Of a DNA stretch of 64,000 bases, positions 60,964-64,000 are shown piece after piece; within the stretch, counting starts at the first letter, position 1, and every line of letters starts with the position of its first letter. This DNA is from the human T2T-CHM13v2.0 reference genome, Homo sapiens. Where the stretch lies: assembly GCF_009914755.1 (NCBI RefSeq), contig NC_060932.1. The stretch is one strand, 5' to 3'. The notes beneath the pieces are model-generated. The model had not been told where the DNA came from and searched no databases. It was given only the letters and a program-made list of their open reading frames with translations. The position numbers and the translations under genes were made by a program.

Positions 60964-63952
60964 TCCAAGGGCTTGAACATTTCTTGATTTGTTGGCAATC
61001 CAAATCGTTACGTCTCCGAAACAGAGTTGACTGAGGGGACCGCAGGGCTGGGCAGGACCTTTGACTTCCTATACATCCACAGGAGCAAGAAAACCTCAGC
61101 CCCACTCTACCAACACGCACCTAGTAAAATTCCGCCAACCGAATCTCACGCACGCTAACACGTGGGGAGCGTTGCTTGCACCACGAGTCCCCATTTGGCT
61201 CAACCGCCGATGCCAAGTGTGTGGTTCCAGTTGCGACGGCCCCCCGTGAAGTGGCTTCCGGATGTGCGAAGGAACCAGGCAGAGTTTCACTGGCCAAATA
61301 GACCCCAGCAAAGCTGAAGTTAACTCCCACATTTGGGATGTACTTCAGAGGTAAAACATTCATCCCGTCTTCTTTCCGGATGTCTGACACCATGGTTCTC
61401 CCCCTGATCCTAAGAGTAGCTGAGGCAGAGACTCACTAAAAGATCTAGGCGGGGATATCCCATCATGCACAGGCTCTCTCCATTCTCTGACCTGGGACCA
61501 ACTCTCAGTAGGATTCCACATCTAGGAGGCCTCGGAACTCAGCGGGATTTTCTGAGACACACCAACTGGCTGCTCCCTCTCCGCCGCTGTTGAGGGTCGT
61601 TATCTTGATTATCCAGATCAACTAGAAAGTATCCGTATCCAGAATGAATAAGATCAACTCTCTGCTCCTCTGACAGCAGAAGGAGCAGGACCGTAAGGAA
61701 CCAAAGAGTGTGGAAGGAAACGATGTGACAGGAAAGCTCAGAGAACGGCCACAGGGGGTCGTCAGCAGGCCTTCCAACCTGAATCATGAATAATTAATGA
61801 AGCGCAAATCAAAGGGGACTCGAGTTTCAGCAGGAGCAATTCATCCAACGGGAGATCGCCGGAGGGCCAACAAGATTGAGTGACTGGGAGCCGGGTGCAG
61901 TGTCAAAGGGGATGCGACTGGTTCCAAAGCTCGAGAAGACCATGGGGTCACTTGGGCTACATGAGAAAACGCCCCAGTGTGCTGGTTCATCATTCCGACT
62001 CCTGCCTGTCTCTTCTCGTCCAAGGAACATGGATCCTAAGTCGTGCAGGTGCGGATGACCATGGGCAGAATTAGGGGCCGTGGCACAAAAGTTCACCGAC
62101 ACGGGAGTTCCACAGAAGGTGCGGTGGATCTTCGCAAATCCAGAGACATGGCAATGGGACCCAGGGAATTAGAGCCTCACAGGCGTCCGGGAGACTTTTC
62201 AGGCATAATGCCTGGAGTCGCAAGACGAGCTGAAAAAGGAGCCAGGCACTGAAGGACAAAGCGTTGTTGACTTTCCTCATCTGTGTTTCCCAGTGCGGTC
62301 CAATTCACGGTGGTTTCCAAGCGCCTCCTGGGGGAGAAAACACATGAGGGTGCGGTCAGGGTTCTCTGCTGACAGACTTACCTTGGGGAAGAAAGAGAAG
62401 CTCTGAAGATGGATCATGGCCGTGACTGCATGTCAAGGAGAGTCTCCTTGATGACACTGAGGCCTACGTCGAGATAGACAAAATGTGGTCCAATTAAAAG
62501 GTGTCTATTTTACCACATTTTTTAAAACAAAACAAAACAAAACAACAAAAAAGATGGAAAAGAAGACAGGGGTACAGGCACCAGTGTTACATGTCTGACG
62601 GGGAACATCTATTGTTCAAAGCTTGCAGCTGTACAAGTAGGTTTTAGAATGTCTGTCAGCAGTGGACATGATCTTAGAGTGGGCTGTGCAGATAGACCTT
62701 TCCAGGTCATGTAATTGGATTAAGTTAATTGCAATTAAGGTACAGGTAACTGATTAGGTTAGGGTACGTTCCATGTCAGGTGACCAGAGGCAGTATAAAA
62801 GGCAGCCTGGAAAGCGGAGGTCCCTCTCTGCCCCTTCCTCCGTCGTCCTGGATGCTGCATCGCTTCCAGCCGGGCTGCTGCAGCACCTGCCCATCTCAGC
62901 GCCAGCCTGGGAAAGAACGTAGACGTGTAATTTCAGGTTAGTTTCGCTGAACAATTGTTTGTTTCACGCAATCCTTGAGGGGTATTTGCGGGGGGTGTGG
63001 GGGAGGAAGAGACAAAGGAGGCCGAAAGAAACCGATCACACTGGGGCTTGCTGGTGGGGTAGGATGTGTTCTCGTTACTAGTAATTCTTGGAACAGAAAA
63101 CGAGAAAACATATCCGTCTCCACGTGTGGGAGAAGACCAAGATGGGAATGCGAAAAGAAATGTACTGCAGCATGCTGAATTGATGGGTAAATGGAAAAAG
63201 GACTTTGGAAAAAAGGGGGGTTTGCCCTTCAGCCGTGTAAGACGTCGATACGATACGGCACTTCTTCCCCGTTTGTTCAGATGAATTCGTGTGGTGTGCG
63301 TAAAATACCAGGAAAATAAATAAAGAGGGGCTGGAGCTAAAGCCAAAAGATAGAACAGGAAAGACCATCACCTGCTAGTGCGGTAGAGAGGAAGGTAACT
63401 TCTCTGTATGAATTTGTGTTTGGAAGTTGCCTAATGAAATGGCAAGAGTAGCGATTCAAGTTGTCACAGGAAGCATCCCTTATCCGTGACTTCAAGCAGA
63501 CCTGCCAAAGGGTGGCACACGCCATGCCCTGTGTCTTCGATCATTCTGTCCGTCAAGGGAGATAGAATCACCGTGTCTTCTACCGGAGTGAATCGTGAGA
63601 GACCTAAGTCCAGTCTCCAGAATCAGTTGTTTGTTTGGGGTTGAAAGCTCAACCCCCCATACCTAGGCCACGGGCCCTGTGGCAGGTGGGGTTTACTCTT
63701 GGACTAGGTAGTCATGGCAGAGGAACACACAATATCCGAGGATGCGCACAGCACATTGTGTTCTACAGATTTGACCGACTGGTGGTGAGGTCTCCTCATG
63801 ACCACACAGGCAGGGAGTTAGCAGGTGGCTTCCTGTGGGTGTGTGAATATCCAACGTGCTTAACCATCGACATGTGTGTGTTTGTGTGTGTTTCAGGTGG
63901 CCCAACAGTCCACCCCTGAAAAAGGCGGTCATAAAACCCCCAGGAGACGAAG

Positions 63953-64000
63953 ATGATGGCACGTCGGGACCCCAAATCTTGGGCCAAGAGACTGGTGAGA
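63953..64000 (+). CDS. FAM90A: FAM90A copy 4, start only (runs off window)
   Basis: ATGATGGCACGTCGGGACCCCAAATCTTGG = MMARRDPKSW. Confidence 0.85.
   Translation, partial: MMARRDPKSWAKRLVR

Larger units (their letters stand above)
37499..64000 (+). repeat. FAM90A tandem array, period 7,646 bp (~3.5 units in window)
   Basis: ORF track repeats at exactly +7646 (41015/48661/56307; 43042/50688/58334; 38183/45829/53475/61121). Confidence 0.98.

Overview
Human/primate genomic DNA from an OR7E-type segmental duplication. The gene content (VPS51 retrocopy, OR7E pseudogene, FAM90A cluster) best fits 8p23.1; this is an inference and the exact paralog cannot be fixed from sequence alone. 1.8-15.3 kb is an Alu-Alu-mediated tandem duplication carrying two copies of an unidentified minus-strand, CpG-island, multi-exon pseudogene. 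15-30 kb is repeat-rich, with a solo LTR12, a solo HERV-K LTR5, L1/Alu/L2/MIR and a VPS51 processed pseudogene ending in an L1-like exon. 30.7-37.5 kb holds a 5'-clipped OR7E pseudogene and an LTR-less ~4.1-kb HERV-E-like gag-pro-pol between ~80-bp SATR-type satellite arrays. 37.5-64 kb is a tandem array of 7,646-bp units. Each complete unit has a TATA promoter with DUX4/paired-homeodomain motifs, a four-coding-exon FAM90A gene (three complete copies, each splicing to an intact 464-aa ORF via a GC-AG intron), an antisense solo LTR5 and a candidate divergent spliced antisense transcript. No rRNA, tRNA or CRISPR was seen. All family names are from recognition, not database searches.
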